Shown: in pieces, positions 49,556 to 62,430 of the stretch
How positions within the stretch are numbered: position 1 is the first letter of the stretch
Layout of the letters: each line of letters starts with the position of its first letter
Assembly: GCA_020184695.1 (NCBI GenBank)
Contig: JAANOX010000062.1
Span: 74,189 to 138,188, forward strand
DNA from: Histomonas meleagridis 2922-C6/04-290x
Lineage: Eukaryota > Protista > Parabasalia
Direction: 5' to 3'
Length of the DNA stretch: 64,000 bases
The notes under the pieces: model-generated
Told to the model about the DNA's origin: nothing
Databases searched by the model: none
The model's input: the letters and a program-made list of their open reading frames with translations, nothing else
Position numbers and translations under genes: made by a program

Positions 49556-52176
49556 TTAGAGAACCAATTTGTTATCTTCTTTAAAGTCTATCGCAAATGG
49601 ATCTTCTTCAATTTTTGTTAAATTCATGACTGCTGCATATGTACCTGTGTTATCTTTTCCATTTTGCTCATCAGAACTTTTCGTAGTTTCATATGAAACA
49701 TTTTTATTTTTGTTCTTTATTTTAATGATAACAATTATAAGTATCAAAATAATTATAATTATTACAACTGCAATACAAATAGATGTGATAATTGTTATAT
49801 TATTTTTATTCGAATTTGATTCTGACGAATATAAAATGGTATAAAAATTGGAATAATAACGAATGTAAATTGAATATGTAATAACTTCATAATCATAATA
49901 AATAATTAATGTTGGAATGTAAATAATATCTGTACCTTTGAATGAATATAAAAATGAATTCGTAATTGATGAAAATATTGTAACAGTTTGCGTAAAAGTT
50001 AATGTCAATGTAATTGAAACACTTAAATTAGTTAAAAGTGTGTTAGATTTAGAGAATGTGTTTGATTGTGAATATATATTCGATTGTGAATATGTGTTTG
50101 AATGTGAGAATGTATTTGATTGCGAAAATGATTGCGTTGGCCATGGATCACATCCTTCAATTGTTGTTTCTTTATTAACATCTAAATTTCCAAATTTAGT
50201 TTCATTATATTCATCCGATGTCATGACAATAGGGATTGGAATTAAATGCATTTGATCCAACTGTAGGACTTGTTGTTCCATAATAATAAATACAGTGAAG
50301 AATACTACATTCAGAAAATGCACATTCACAAATTTCATTTACATTTTCTTTAATATAAATCGTACTTAAGTTAATACATTGATAAAATGCATATGAACAA
50401 ATTTTTTGTTATAGAATTTGGAATTTCAAATATTTTATATTCTTTCCCAATAGGAAAACAAAGAATTTCCGTTTTATTTTTTTATTATAAAGAATTCCTT
50501 TTTCATCATTATAATAATTTATATTATACTTAGAAACGTTTATAAAGTGAAGTTTCGTACATCCTGCAAATATATTATTTTCACTTATTATTGTAACTGA
50601 TTTCGGTATCGTAATGCTTGTTAATGAATAGCATGATTGAAATGAAAAACTTCCTATTTCCTTAACACCTTCTTCAATAATAACTGTAGCTAAATTAGAA
50701 CATTGATAAAATGCAGAAGCACCAATTGTTTCAATTGTCCCTGGAATTGTAATATATATTAATGAAGTACATTGATAAAATGCATATTTTTCAAGTATAT
50801 TTATATCTTTTGATATTGTAATTGTTTCACTTTCTTTTCCTTGTGGATAAATAATAATTTGCGTATGATTTTTATTATAAAGAATTCCATCATTTTCATA
50901 ATTAGAATAATTCGTATTATTTTCTAATACTTTTATAAATTGAAGACTTGTGCATCCAGAAAATACATTTTCACCAATTAATGTAATTGAATTCGGAATT
51001 GTAATATTTATTAATGATGTACAGCCATAAAAATGCATTGGCGCCAATTTCTTTTAATACCTTCTTCAAGAGTTATATTTATTAATGACGTACATGCACG
51101 AAATACACTTTCACCAATAGTTATAACTGAACATGGAATTATAATACTTTTTTTAATGAAGAACAGTCATAAAATACATTGTTTTTTTAATTTCTTCAAC
51201 TCCTTCTGCAATACTTACATTTATTAATGATGAACATGATCGAAATACATTTTTCACTAATAGATGTAACTAATTTTGGAATTATAATACTTATTAATGA
51301 TGAACAGCCATAAAATGATGAAGATTCAATTATTGTAACTAAATCAGGAATATTAATAGTCTTTAATGAAGTACATGATCGGAATAAATTATAACTAATC
51401 GTTGTAACTAAATTTGGGATCGTTATATATTGTAATGATTCACATGATTGAAATGCTGATGTACCAATCGATTTAACGGAATTTGGAACTATAATTTTCA
51501 TTAATTTAGGACATTGATTAAATGCATAATCACCAATTAATGTAGTTTCTGCTTGAATTGTTACATTTTGTAATAAAGGATATGATGAAAAATGTTCATT
51601 TGGAATAGTGGTAGTTCCACTGTAAATTATAATGTATTTTATTTCATCTTTATATTGATCAACTTCATCCATTTCATTTTTACTGCTTATTGTATATGTA
51701 CTTGTTCCTGAATCAAAAGTTTGAAATGCGTGTATGAAAAATATTGTAAATAAAAATAAAGTTTTTTTGTTTTTTATGTCGCTTTTTCGATAAATGTTTT
51801 CTTTATTAAAATTTTTTTTAAAAAAATATAATATTATTTCAACACCAAAAAAAATTATGAATAACATTAATAATTTAACATAAATTTGTCTAAAATCAAA
51901 GTTTAAATGAAGAATCTTATTCATAAAATAAGAGTAATGTTTTAAATTTGTGAATTTAAAAAATATAAAATATGTTTTCATTATCTTATCTAAAACACAA
52001 CTTAGCGGAGAGTAGGACATTGTACAATTAAATAATTTGAATTGTGCGTTTGAAAAATTTTGGAAATTAAAATTATTGAATTTTAATGAATTGTCAAAAT
52101 AGTCAACAAATGATTGAGAACTTGAGGCAATGAATGAACAAGTTGGAAAAATATAAAATGTCGTGAGGAAATACAT
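49556..52176 (-). pseudogene. Fragmented BspA-like gene, paralog of 46539-48451
   Basis: ORFs 51196-52176, 50409-51047 and 49556-50338 give LRRs, NxxYxxxDGILYNKxxTxII repeats, stalk, TM and EEDPFAIDFKED; 49560-49990 nearly identical to 46545-46970. Confidence 0.85.
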
Positions 52177-52883
52177 TTGGGATAATTTTGATGATTGATT
52201 TATTAGTTATGGTGATATTGATTTGTGTGCAATTTGACGACAAAAAATGACAAAGAATTTGCCATGTCAAATGGTATTCAAAATTATATCAAATTAATTT
52301 TTGAGTTACACGTTGTGAAGTGGTTCCGACTAATTATCATCACAAAAAAATGGGAGTAAAGTTAAGAATTTTACTATACGTTCATCCTTGTTATTTTCTG
52401 TTTTATTGACTCTGGAGAGCGATCAGGAAAATATGTCATTAATTTATTGAGATCACCAAAGTCGCTGTTTAAATCTTTGAGTTATTTTTCTTTTTTTTTT
52501 GTCCAAGCACAATATTTTTTTTCAGATTGATCCATTTCTCGTATTCCTCGTATATTAGATTGAGGAGATGGATTCAACGTAATGTCTTTTGTGCTGCATA
52601 TAGTATCATTATTAATATTTTGTATTTTTCCAGAAATTTCCCTAATTTCATTCATGAAAAATTCAAAAAGTGGATACTTAACATTGAAATATATAAACCT
52701 TACAATTGGATTTGATAAACCATTCAAATTTTCATCAGAAAAAGTGACAATATATTTATTTTTAAACAAAAAACACATTATTTAAATCATAAATAAAAAA
52801 AAATTGACCCTTTTTTCCCCCTTCATTTTCAAATATGATTATAATTATGATTTGATTAAAATGATATCAAAGTTTTATTATAA

Positions 52884-53059
52884 TTCTTCTGCTGAGTTTT
52901 GATAAAAAGTTGTTAGAATATGCATATAAAACATGTTTTCTTCTACCGACGATTATTTTTCATACAAAAGGTTCATAACCATAAAATATTTGAATAATAA
53001 ATTACGGTTTATAACCCGTCGTGCAGAATAATACTTTTAATCAAAATTCAGCAGAAGAA
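52884..53059. repeat. 27-bp inverted repeat (2 mismatches) with ~122-bp spacer
   Basis: TTCTTCTGCTGAGTTTTGATAAAAAGT (52884-52910) vs reverse complement of 53033-53059. Confidence 0.75.
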
Positions 53060-53705
53060 ATGCATAAATATATCAAACTAATAAAATATAGAATATGTAT
53101 ATTCTCATATAAAATTCTTAAAAGAAAAAAAAAAAAGGGTGAGTTACTCGAGTCTTGATGATATTTCTGCATGTAAATTTTCATAATAAATGTACTTTTT
53201 CTCAAAATCAATTATATTTCTTATATAAAAAACCTAATAGCATACTTAGCAATATTATTGTGCATATTAATATGTATAAATCATATAAAAATTATGAAAT
53301 AATTTTTCGATCAAATTTCGAAATATTTAATTTATATATATAAAAGTCATATACTCGATTAATCCGGATCTAGACGAATAATTTTTACTATAAAATTTTT
53401 TTCATATTTTAAGTGTATATACATGAAAAAGTAATTACAAATTTTCTGAAGGTACATCTCAGAGGGTCGGAACCACTCTCAGAATACTCATCTCGAAGCA
53501 AAAATCACTACTAATTTTGCAAATCCATTGTACAATTCATTCGAGAAATTGGAAATCATTGTCATTCAATACAACCACACACGCACACAGCACAACTCCA
53601 TAAAATGCTACGCATTTTATTTCTCTGTGCACTCACTACAATATTAATAGCAAAAATCAATATTTAGAAATGTAGCACTTCAAAAAAGTGGAAAGTTTCA
53701 CAATC

Positions 53706-55844
53706 ATTCACAAATCTTTGTGTGATATTGAAAAAATTGAAAGGAAAAATGAATTCGAAAAAAATATTCCCATTCAATTTGTATTCGAATGATTCATATT
53801 TTTCTTCGAAAATCATTTGAATGAAATTAGTAAATGTCAATAAGCACTCATTAGAAATAAGTTTTTAGTATTACATTCATTTATTCAATATTATATATCT
53901 ATTTATGCATATTTATGTATAACATATTAATATATAACAAATTAATGTATAACATATTATAATCATATGTATAATATATTTTAATACGATAAATATCATA
54001 TTTCAATTACATGAAATACATATTTTAATTATATGAATAACAAATTTTAATCATATATAAAACATATACTTCACTGTTCGATAGAATTGGTCCGGTGATA
54101 ATATCTAAATCGTTCGAAATCAAATGATGACCACGAGGGTTACAATTGAAATATTTCTATGAAACTGTTATATACTAAGAATTTAATTCGATTTATTCCA
54201 ATAAAATTGTGTCGGATCATACAGTTAACAACAAAAAAATTTTTTCTGTATTCAAAAATTTAATGATTGTGAGGTGAAGAGGTGCCACTAAACTTATGCA
54301 TCGAGAATCCCTTAACATCTTGGATTGCCATCAACTTTTCACAGATGAATATCATGCTTTCGAAAAAGCAGTCATAGATAATTAATCTGTAATGATTGCA
54401 ATGGTCAAATGAATATTTACAACGATCGAAACCGCAAATTTGGATAATTCCACATGTGCCCGAAATGCGGAAAAAATTGTTCAGTTTTATATAATAGCAT
54501 TTTCTCATGTTCAAATTTACCAATTGGTAAAATTATTTATTTGATATACTGCTGATTTCATGGCTATTTAAACAAAGATGCAGCTCACGAAGTTGGTGTA
54601 ACCTTTGCAACGATCACAATTTTTTTATTAACAATTTCGTTCTGTTTGTTTCGATTACGTTTTGAGTATGCCTGAGAGATTAATCGGAGGTGAGGGAAAA
54701 ACTGTGAAAATTGATGAGACTCTGATGTGTCGAAGGAAATACCATAGAGGTAGACTCCTGAATGATGTGTGGATCTTCGATGGAATATGCCGTGAAGATA
54801 ACGGTGTCTTCGCTTTAGTTGTTAATAACCGAAAATCTGCCTTATTTTATTTGAGTGATGAAAAATATTTATATATATATATCGAAAATTAATATGTAAT
54901 TTCATTATAATATCAAAATATGTATATTAACTTTTTAAATAACTTGAAAGGAAATAACATCACATTTGGATGATTTCGTAATTTGAAGATATTTAAAAAA
55001 AATGATCAAAAAATACGTTATTTTTGGCTTGACGTACAAAAAAGGGTGATCTTTCTGTGCATCAGGATAATATTTTTTTTCATGAATAACAATACCATTG
55101 TACAAATACTAAAAAACGCACCGCGTCACGAAGAGTTTTAATTTCATCAACATTACTATATTCTTCTGCAATGATCGGTGGAATATCATAATTAATTTGT
55201 TAAATTCTGTTTTTTGTTTATGGTTGAACATATATAAAACATTGTTGTATTGATTTAATAAATATTGTAAAGTGTTTTATTATTTCTGTTAATGGTAAAA
55301 ATGCACCCATAAGTGAAACATATTTTATCTCTAAATCTTGAAGAATAATAACGCGATTACGGTCCATTGTAATTTAAAATTATCTGTGTCTGATATAAGA
55401 GAGACAAATAATTGTTTTGTGATGTCAATTTTGGCGGGGATAATATTATTGGCGAGTTTTCCAGTTTTCAGCGAGATTTTGCCACTGGTGGGACCGTTTA
55501 TGACGACCGTTATGACCTGGAAATCCGATTCTCCATTAAAATATGTTATAAGTGATTAAAATTTGTTATTCATGTCATTAAAATATGTTATATATATATG
55601 ATTAAAATATATTATATATAATATAATATATTATGATTATGCTTGCTAATGATGTTTTGCCATCTTAATGTTGTATTGCAATGAGATATATGTGCTCATT
55701 ATTAATGTTTAATTATGATCTACAGCTATTGACATTTCCTAATTTCATTCAAATAATTTCTGACATAAGATATAAATCATTCGAATACAAATTGAATGGG
55801 AATCTCCCTTTAATTTTTTCGATATCACACAAAAAGTCGTGAAT
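53706..55844. mobile_element. ~2.1 kb unit bounded by ~120-140 bp inverted repeats, containing a Merlin transposase fragment
   Basis: 53706-53843 vs reverse complement of 55727-55844, including a perfect 29-mer ATTCCCATTCAATTTGTATTCGAATGATT. Confidence 0.55.
54540..54840 (+). mobile_element. Merlin/ISXO2(IS1595)-like transposase fragment
   Basis: LIGGEGKTVKIDETLMCRRKYHRGRLLNDVWIFDGICRE matches the Merlin IGG...VEIDES...RKYxRGR...WVFGG signature. Confidence 0.85.
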
Positions 55845-56560
55845 AAGTTCAACGACAAGTATTCACAGTGTAGTTGACTTTAACATCCAATATTTCAACA
55901 AAACACTCTTCATTATCACTAACCGATACGAAATATATTTTGCGAAAAAAATCAAATTCTTTCAATTTATTTTTGTTCTCTTAATTTAAATTCCGGACTT
56001 TTTGATCTATTCATCACAAGAACAGTTACACAGAAGTTATGTTGTTACAAAAACTAGCGACAATTTATTCGAAATCATTTTGTTTTGTTTGAATATAAGG
56101 ATTCATATGAAATGTATGTCCACCATCTGGTCATTTATTCAAACCAAATAGCATTACATTAATATAAAATTGATAATTTAAACTCAAAAATGAATTCTCT
56201 TACAAATTATGATGAAATATCAAATGAATCATTATCTGATATCAGATGAAAAAATCGCAATTATATTTAGAAAGAAATTTGATATGTGAATCTAATATGT
56301 AATAATATCGGTTAATATATATGATTCAATCAATGTTTTTATAGGATCTTCACTACTAATAAATATTTATTAAACATTTAATGATTATATATATATGATT
56401 AGCAAAGTCATTTAATATTAATAGTTTACTACTATGTGAATGAGTTTTCCAATTGTATTCACTCGATCTAGCTGAGGATAATTTTAACATCTTTTTTTTC
56501 GATATTTTGTATAAAATCTATTTAACTCTTCATCAATATCCTTAAATTATCATTAATATA

Positions 56561-56896
56561 TTGCAAAATTCACCAATTGTCGATAATAAATGCTCATCTG
56601 CAGATGCTATAGATGAATACATAGATTTATTAAACACTGACGAAATACAATACGTCCACAACGCAAGGTATGAATGGTTTATGCTTTCTAATTCATTATT
56701 ATCTGACGAAGCTAGAGCAGGTAATGATTGTTTTTCAACTATCGATAATATAAGAGCTCACGATTCAATGGTTTATGGCGTTAACTGTGATTTTAGCGCT
56801 ATCACCTCAGCAAAAAAAGTTATTGTTAAAATCCCTTTCAGAATTACAATAAGTTATTTCTCGATGTTATTTAATATGCGATATTATCCAAACTAA
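56561..56896 (+). pseudogene. Unassigned coding relic upstream of the ATPase relic, possibly a Maverick structural gene
   Basis: Coding-like 111-aa stretch; assignment by position only. Confidence 0.25.
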
Positions 56897-57319
56897 AGCG
56901 GAAAGCTTTCACGAAGGCTATAGCCTTGCGCTCCAGTAAAAACATTATTTGATTCGCTAATTAAATACATAGATAATCCTGCGAACTCTGCTATCTATGT
57001 TTAAGAAGAATTTTGATAGTTTATAGATGTTGATTACGTTATATATCATTTCTGTAAGATGTTATTATAACAGATAAAACAATAAATATAAATAAATAAA
57101 ATGAACCAATGAAACAGAAAAGGGAGCCGATTATTTAATGGTTACAAATGATGATGTTCCAATAATAATCGAAACGACAGAAGATATGGAGTAACTAAAA
57201 CAAGTGATGAATACTGACAAGATTTATTATAATATTATAATATTTAGCAAAGTTAGAGGAAACATTTACGCTCGAATTTTATGAAAATTTATTCACATTA
57301 TTTATTTTAATGGATGTTT

Positions 57320-58020
57320 CAAAAAAAAAAAAATTTAAGAGTATTACCAAATACTGAAGCAAAAGAAAATATAAAAGAAGCTCCAATGTCAAGTTATGAA
57401 ATTTTAGCTCTAGAGAATGATGATAGAATCAAAAATATGACTGGTCCTGGATTTATTTAATTGCTATTGTGATTTTGTTGAGAAAAACAAATTCAATAGT
57501 TGTAGTTCAAGAACTTTTATCGCAAATATGATAAAATTAACAAGAAGTGCTGTGCCAAAATGGATTAATGAAAAAACAACAAGAGTATATTTCACTTCCA
57601 GAGGTTTATTTTAGATTTGATACATAAAGCAATAAAGAAAACGAAACATTTCTGAAAAGTATCAATGGAAAACTCATTTGCATAGATGCTTGTTAATATT
57701 AGATGATTTTGCTCATCATCCATTACTGAGAAGGAAAAAAATGGAGATGTCAAAATCATAAAATAAATACTCATACACTTTAATATTAACGTTATCAGAT
57801 GTGTGCAAACAACAAAGAGTATACCAAAGATATAAAAAGAACTTTGTCGGATATTGTATTGTATGATGGTATCGGATAAAAAGAATTTTATGATTTGTTG
57901 AATGAATCACCAGCAAGTGTATTTGATGATAAAGCTTTATGATAGAAATACAACAATATGAAAGATCCACATGGAACTTTTTTCATTAATATTGACGCGC
58001 AAAGAGTGATTATAAATCAG
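57320..58020 (+). mobile_element. Decayed Maverick/Polinton packaging (A32/FtsK-like) ATPase
   Basis: Manual translation LLILDDFAHHPLLRRK...FNINVIRCVQTTKSIPKDIKRTLSDIVLY...DPHGTFFINIDAQRV, with stops and frameshifts; resembles my recollection of trichomonad Maverick ATPases. Confidence 0.6.
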
Positions 58021-58333
58021 AATATCAAATTAAAAAATTAAAAGATCCGGAAACAATGTTAAAGAAAAATTAAAATACATGAACTTGACGATATTTATGA
58101 TCAAATAATATTATACTGCAAGAATTATCTGAATCATGAAATATTTATGTGTAAAAATTTTCATATTCTCGCGGTAAACACGAGCATTATGTATAATAGT
58201 TGTATTTAATTGTGTAAGACCTTCATTTACTTTAAATGTATTAGTTGGTTTATCAGTCATATCATTATAACTATGTGTATGACCGATTAATGAAAAAAAT
58301 AACTAACATTGATGTAGTTAATGAAATTATAAT

Positions 58334-59200
58334 TTATATTACCATTATTACCATTAAAACTGATATTACCATCGAAATTATCAATTTTATTATAATACAT
58401 AGTATTTTCAGAAGTTCTAATTTTCCAACTATAATCACTATCATCATTTTTATCAAATCAATACAATCTTCAATTTCAATCACACCATCTGTTTTTATAG
58501 TAGCAATACAAGGTAAATATATATTAACATTTGAAGTGCCACCAATACTATTGTTAATATAGTAATTGTCAATTTTACCATCCATTGTAATATCATTATT
58601 AAATTCTGTATGTGTATCAATCAATGAATATCTATTATCATTATAATGTTCTACAGGAACAAATACATCAAGTATACCATATAAATTACCCCAACTATAA
58701 TTTGATGCAGCATATTTTGTATCATGATTATGATATTTTAAAGCATACTCTTCATGTGTATGTTCTAAAGGTGTAAATATTTCGAGTTTATCATTTAAAT
58801 CATAATAATGAGTATGATCTGTCGAAGCATAGTTTGTATGTTCATGATCTTTTATAGCATAAATATGATCATGATTATGATCATTTGATAATATTTTAGT
58901 TATATCTACATTATTAATAGTTGCACATTTAATATTACCATTACTTCCAAAACTTAATAATGAACCAGTTTTTGATTTAAAATCTAATGAATTAGTATTA
59001 GCAGTTATTCTCCATGTATTATCTTTATCATAATCTGCATTATTATGCATATCAATATATTGACCAACTTCTACAACACCATCTTCTTTTAATGTGATAG
59101 ATGGTACAAATCATTTTGTATCCCATTTACCACCTTTTGCTGTTGACAATTGAAAACCATTTAATGAAGTAACTGTCAATGGTAATATAAAAATAAATAC
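58334..59200 (-). pseudogene. Tail-fibre-like gene relic with HxH..YA repeats
   Basis: DHNHDHIYAIKDHEHTNYASTDHTH...EHTHEEYALKYHNHDTKYA; EDGVVEVGQYIDMH upstream and TDGVIEIEDCIDL downstream. Confidence 0.5.
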
Positions 59201-59299
59201 AATTAACAACATATCTATCGATAATATTTCTTGTACGACTCATAATCATGATAATAAATATTCTTAATTAAATCATACTCATCCGAAATTTTGTTACAC

Positions 59300-60250
59300 A
59301 AGGAATATAAATTGTTGAATTATTGAATGTATCCATTCATATGCATTCCCTGAGTTATCTCTTGATGAATTTCCATTACAAAATCTAGCGCACAGAAAAA
59401 AATATCATTTGAATCACTTTCAAGCTTTTTTGTAATATTGCTAATTTTTGTTATATAAGGCAAAATTGCATCTGAATATATCCAATCATTGTAATTTATC
59501 ATCATCTTTTATTTCCAATAATTTAATTGGCAATTGTTATATAAAACACTTCATTTATTGATAATTTGTATGAGAGTTCAATCCTTCGATATACAATCAA
59601 GAAAAGCTCTATTTATAATATTAGAGCAACATGGTGTCCATTCAATGCCTGATATTTTGATTGCTTCTCTTACAGAAGATGCACAATCTGTGCATGTACA
59701 GGCAATTTTATTTCTATCTAAGTTATAACGAGCTAAATTTTCATCCAAAATTCTGGAAATAACGTTTGATGTTCTGCTTATATCGTCCGGAACCGTTAAA
59801 CATAATAAATAATAACCACTCTCGATTGTTACCGAAATTCCAATCAAATTATAATTATACCTAGTCCATTCATCAAGATAAAGAGAATAATATGGACATT
59901 GATCAAGAATACTTTTAATTTCCGATTAAATCATTAAATAAGTTTCATGAAATTCAGTTTCAAATGTATCTAATGAAGGTGATGAAAATGGAAATATTCC
60001 GGCAAACTATTTGGACTCTATTATTGAATGTGGAATTGCATTAACTGCATAAAAATTTATTTTATTTTATCGAAATTATTTTTCCATAATTGTGGTGTAT
60101 AATGTTTTGCTTTAACATGTTTTGAAACATTCCCTGGATCTCAATAAATATATTTGTTACACAAAGAACAAAAGCCAATTTCACACCCATTCAGCAGTAT
60201 ATTAAAGTAAAAAATTTAATTAGCTTCAATAAATGTAATACTAACAATAT
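59300..60250 (-). mobile_element. Decayed hAT transposase with BED-type zinc finger
   Basis: FCSLCNK...KHVKAKH (BED-like), SLYLDEWT, CTCTDCASS, WTPCCSNIIN (CxxH position degenerate). Confidence 0.75.
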
Positions 60251-61049
60251 TTTGCATTCGAAGAAATGATGTTATACCAGATCGATTTGAGAAAATCTAA
60301 AAAATTCTTATCAAAATTTAAAGTTTGAATCTAAACGCATGACTCTGAACTTAGAAAACAAAAATTTTGAATTCAAAATTTAAGAAATGATGCGATTTTT
60401 ATCACCAAGTTTTTGAATGGTCTGTTTTTTATTATTATTATTATTTAGAATTTCATACATAAATAAATTGTTAACATGTTATAATGTAATATATTTTGAT
60501 CTTGATAATCTGATATGATAATTTTAACCAAACAAATTTTCGATATATCATCTCATATTGCAATTATACTCTGATAATATAAAAATTTATAAGTTGTTGA
60601 AGTAAAAAACTAAAAGAATTTTACATTTTTTCTGAAGTATAACATAATGAATTATTATTTTGATTCGTAGAATTTATCGTTTAAGAAATAAAAATAAAAT
60701 TAATCAGAGATAAAAAAAGTAATAACAAATAAAAAACTGCAAATATAAATAGACTGGAATAGTCACAATTGAAAATAAAATATAAATTTATGTATTACAC
60801 ATCAATGAAATAAAAGAAATGTATACATTATTATAATAAGACGTTAAGAATTTAGGGCAGAACTATATCGATAATATGAAACAATTAAAAACATAAGATA
60901 TCAATAAAAAAATTAATTTTTTCGATCCAAAGTAAAGATTTATTATAATTATCAATTCAAATAATATGAAATATCTCAAAAAGTGTTCATTAATAAGATT
61001 CATAATTTATCTGAACAAATTTTTTCATATGTATTAGTAACTTCTCCCA

Positions 61050-61890
61050 TGATTGACCATGGCGCCAAATTCGTTCAAATATTGAACTGATTTTACCTTA
61101 TCTTTATATCCTTTTTGTTTTCTCCATAATTAATCAGATGCCCACAAAGATTCAATTATTTGTGTATGGGCACCTGTTTCTGGGTCAACAACATTTTTCG
61201 GATGATTAACTGTCAAATGAACTCTTCCTGTACTTTCTAAATATTCGTACGATCTCCACTGGTAACTAATAATTGTTGAAGTTCTGTCAATCATTTATTC
61301 TATAATTGGCGAAAGTGTATTTTGTTCTGTTTTTTTTAACAGAAAAAAAATATACCGCCCCCCTGGTATACTGCTGCAACCACCAAAAACTTATCGCTTA
61401 TCTTCAAATCTCTAAAAATTATATTTTTGTTTTGAAAACAAACTTTCATCTATTTGTACAAATTTTGAATCTAATAGATTTTTAACTTATTCTCGTAAAT
61501 TCTTTTTCATCATTTGTTCTTTAAATAAATATATTTAATATATTGAACGAATTAATAACCGTGGGTTTTGAGAAATTAACAATTTTGCACGTATTTATAA
61601 TTGAAAAATCTGCACTGAAACATGCGAAAGTTAATATAATTTATGAATAATCTGAATTAGCATATTCGAATGGTAATAACCAAAACCTTATAATTGTCGT
61701 TGAACATCGCCAATTTGAACACCTAAAATACATATTTCCTAAATTATATATAATTGATCCATTGCTACATTTTTCGCATTGAATTGTTTCGAATAGTGAA
61801 TGGGAAGCACCTGTAGTCTGAGTGATTATCGAATAGTTAATGTTAAAAAGAACCAATGTTAATATTTTATTATTATTCAAACTTTCCATT
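61050..61890 (-). mobile_element. Decayed Merlin/ISXO2-like transposase
   Basis: CEKC...FRCSNWRC zinc ribbon, VQIDESCF, HLTVNHPKNVVDPETGAHTQIIESLW. Confidence 0.85.
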
Positions 61891-62239
61891 GTGGTGTATA
61901 CGTTTTCATCGAAAATTCACATTCTCTGACAGTTTTTATTCAAAAAGTTCATAATCAAACTTCAATTAAAATGACCCTGATAGAAATGTTTGAAAATCCG
62001 AAAATAGAAAAAAAATATATATTCGAATCATCAAAAGCTAATAAGGACGATTATAATTATAAGATTCAATACTCCCAATGAGTTCTTTTGTAAGATATAT
62101 ATTTATAAAAAAGATATCGTATTTGTGAAGGTACATTCAAAAAAATAGATTTTCGTATCGGATACACTAATTGCTAGTAATGGTAATGTTATAATTAAAC
62201 CTCGTTTTCAATTAATTTTCGGATGATCTTTTTTATCAA

Positions 62240-62430
62240 ATTTCGAAATTCAATGTATCGTACTACTACCATTACACCATCTGATTCAATAGTTATGATT
62301 GATGGAACATTTATTGTTGAATTTGAACCTCCGCCGATACTATTCAGAATATAATATCCGTTAATAGAATTTGCTACAAGACTACCTTTGATTAATAAAT
62401 CATCATTAAAAATAATTACATGTGTGATAT
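62240..62430 (-). pseudogene. Second fibre-like gene fragment, paralogous to 58334-59200
   Basis: INGYYILNSIGGGSNSTINVPSIITIESDGVMVVVRYIEF aligns with IDNYYINNSIGGTSNVNIYLPCIATIKTDGVIEIEDCIDL. Confidence 0.6.

Noticed and set aside
55338-55560. Minus-strand VVINGPTSGK as a viral helicase P-loop
   Set aside because: Spacing is one residue short of GxxxxGK and no Walker B or other family motif was found.
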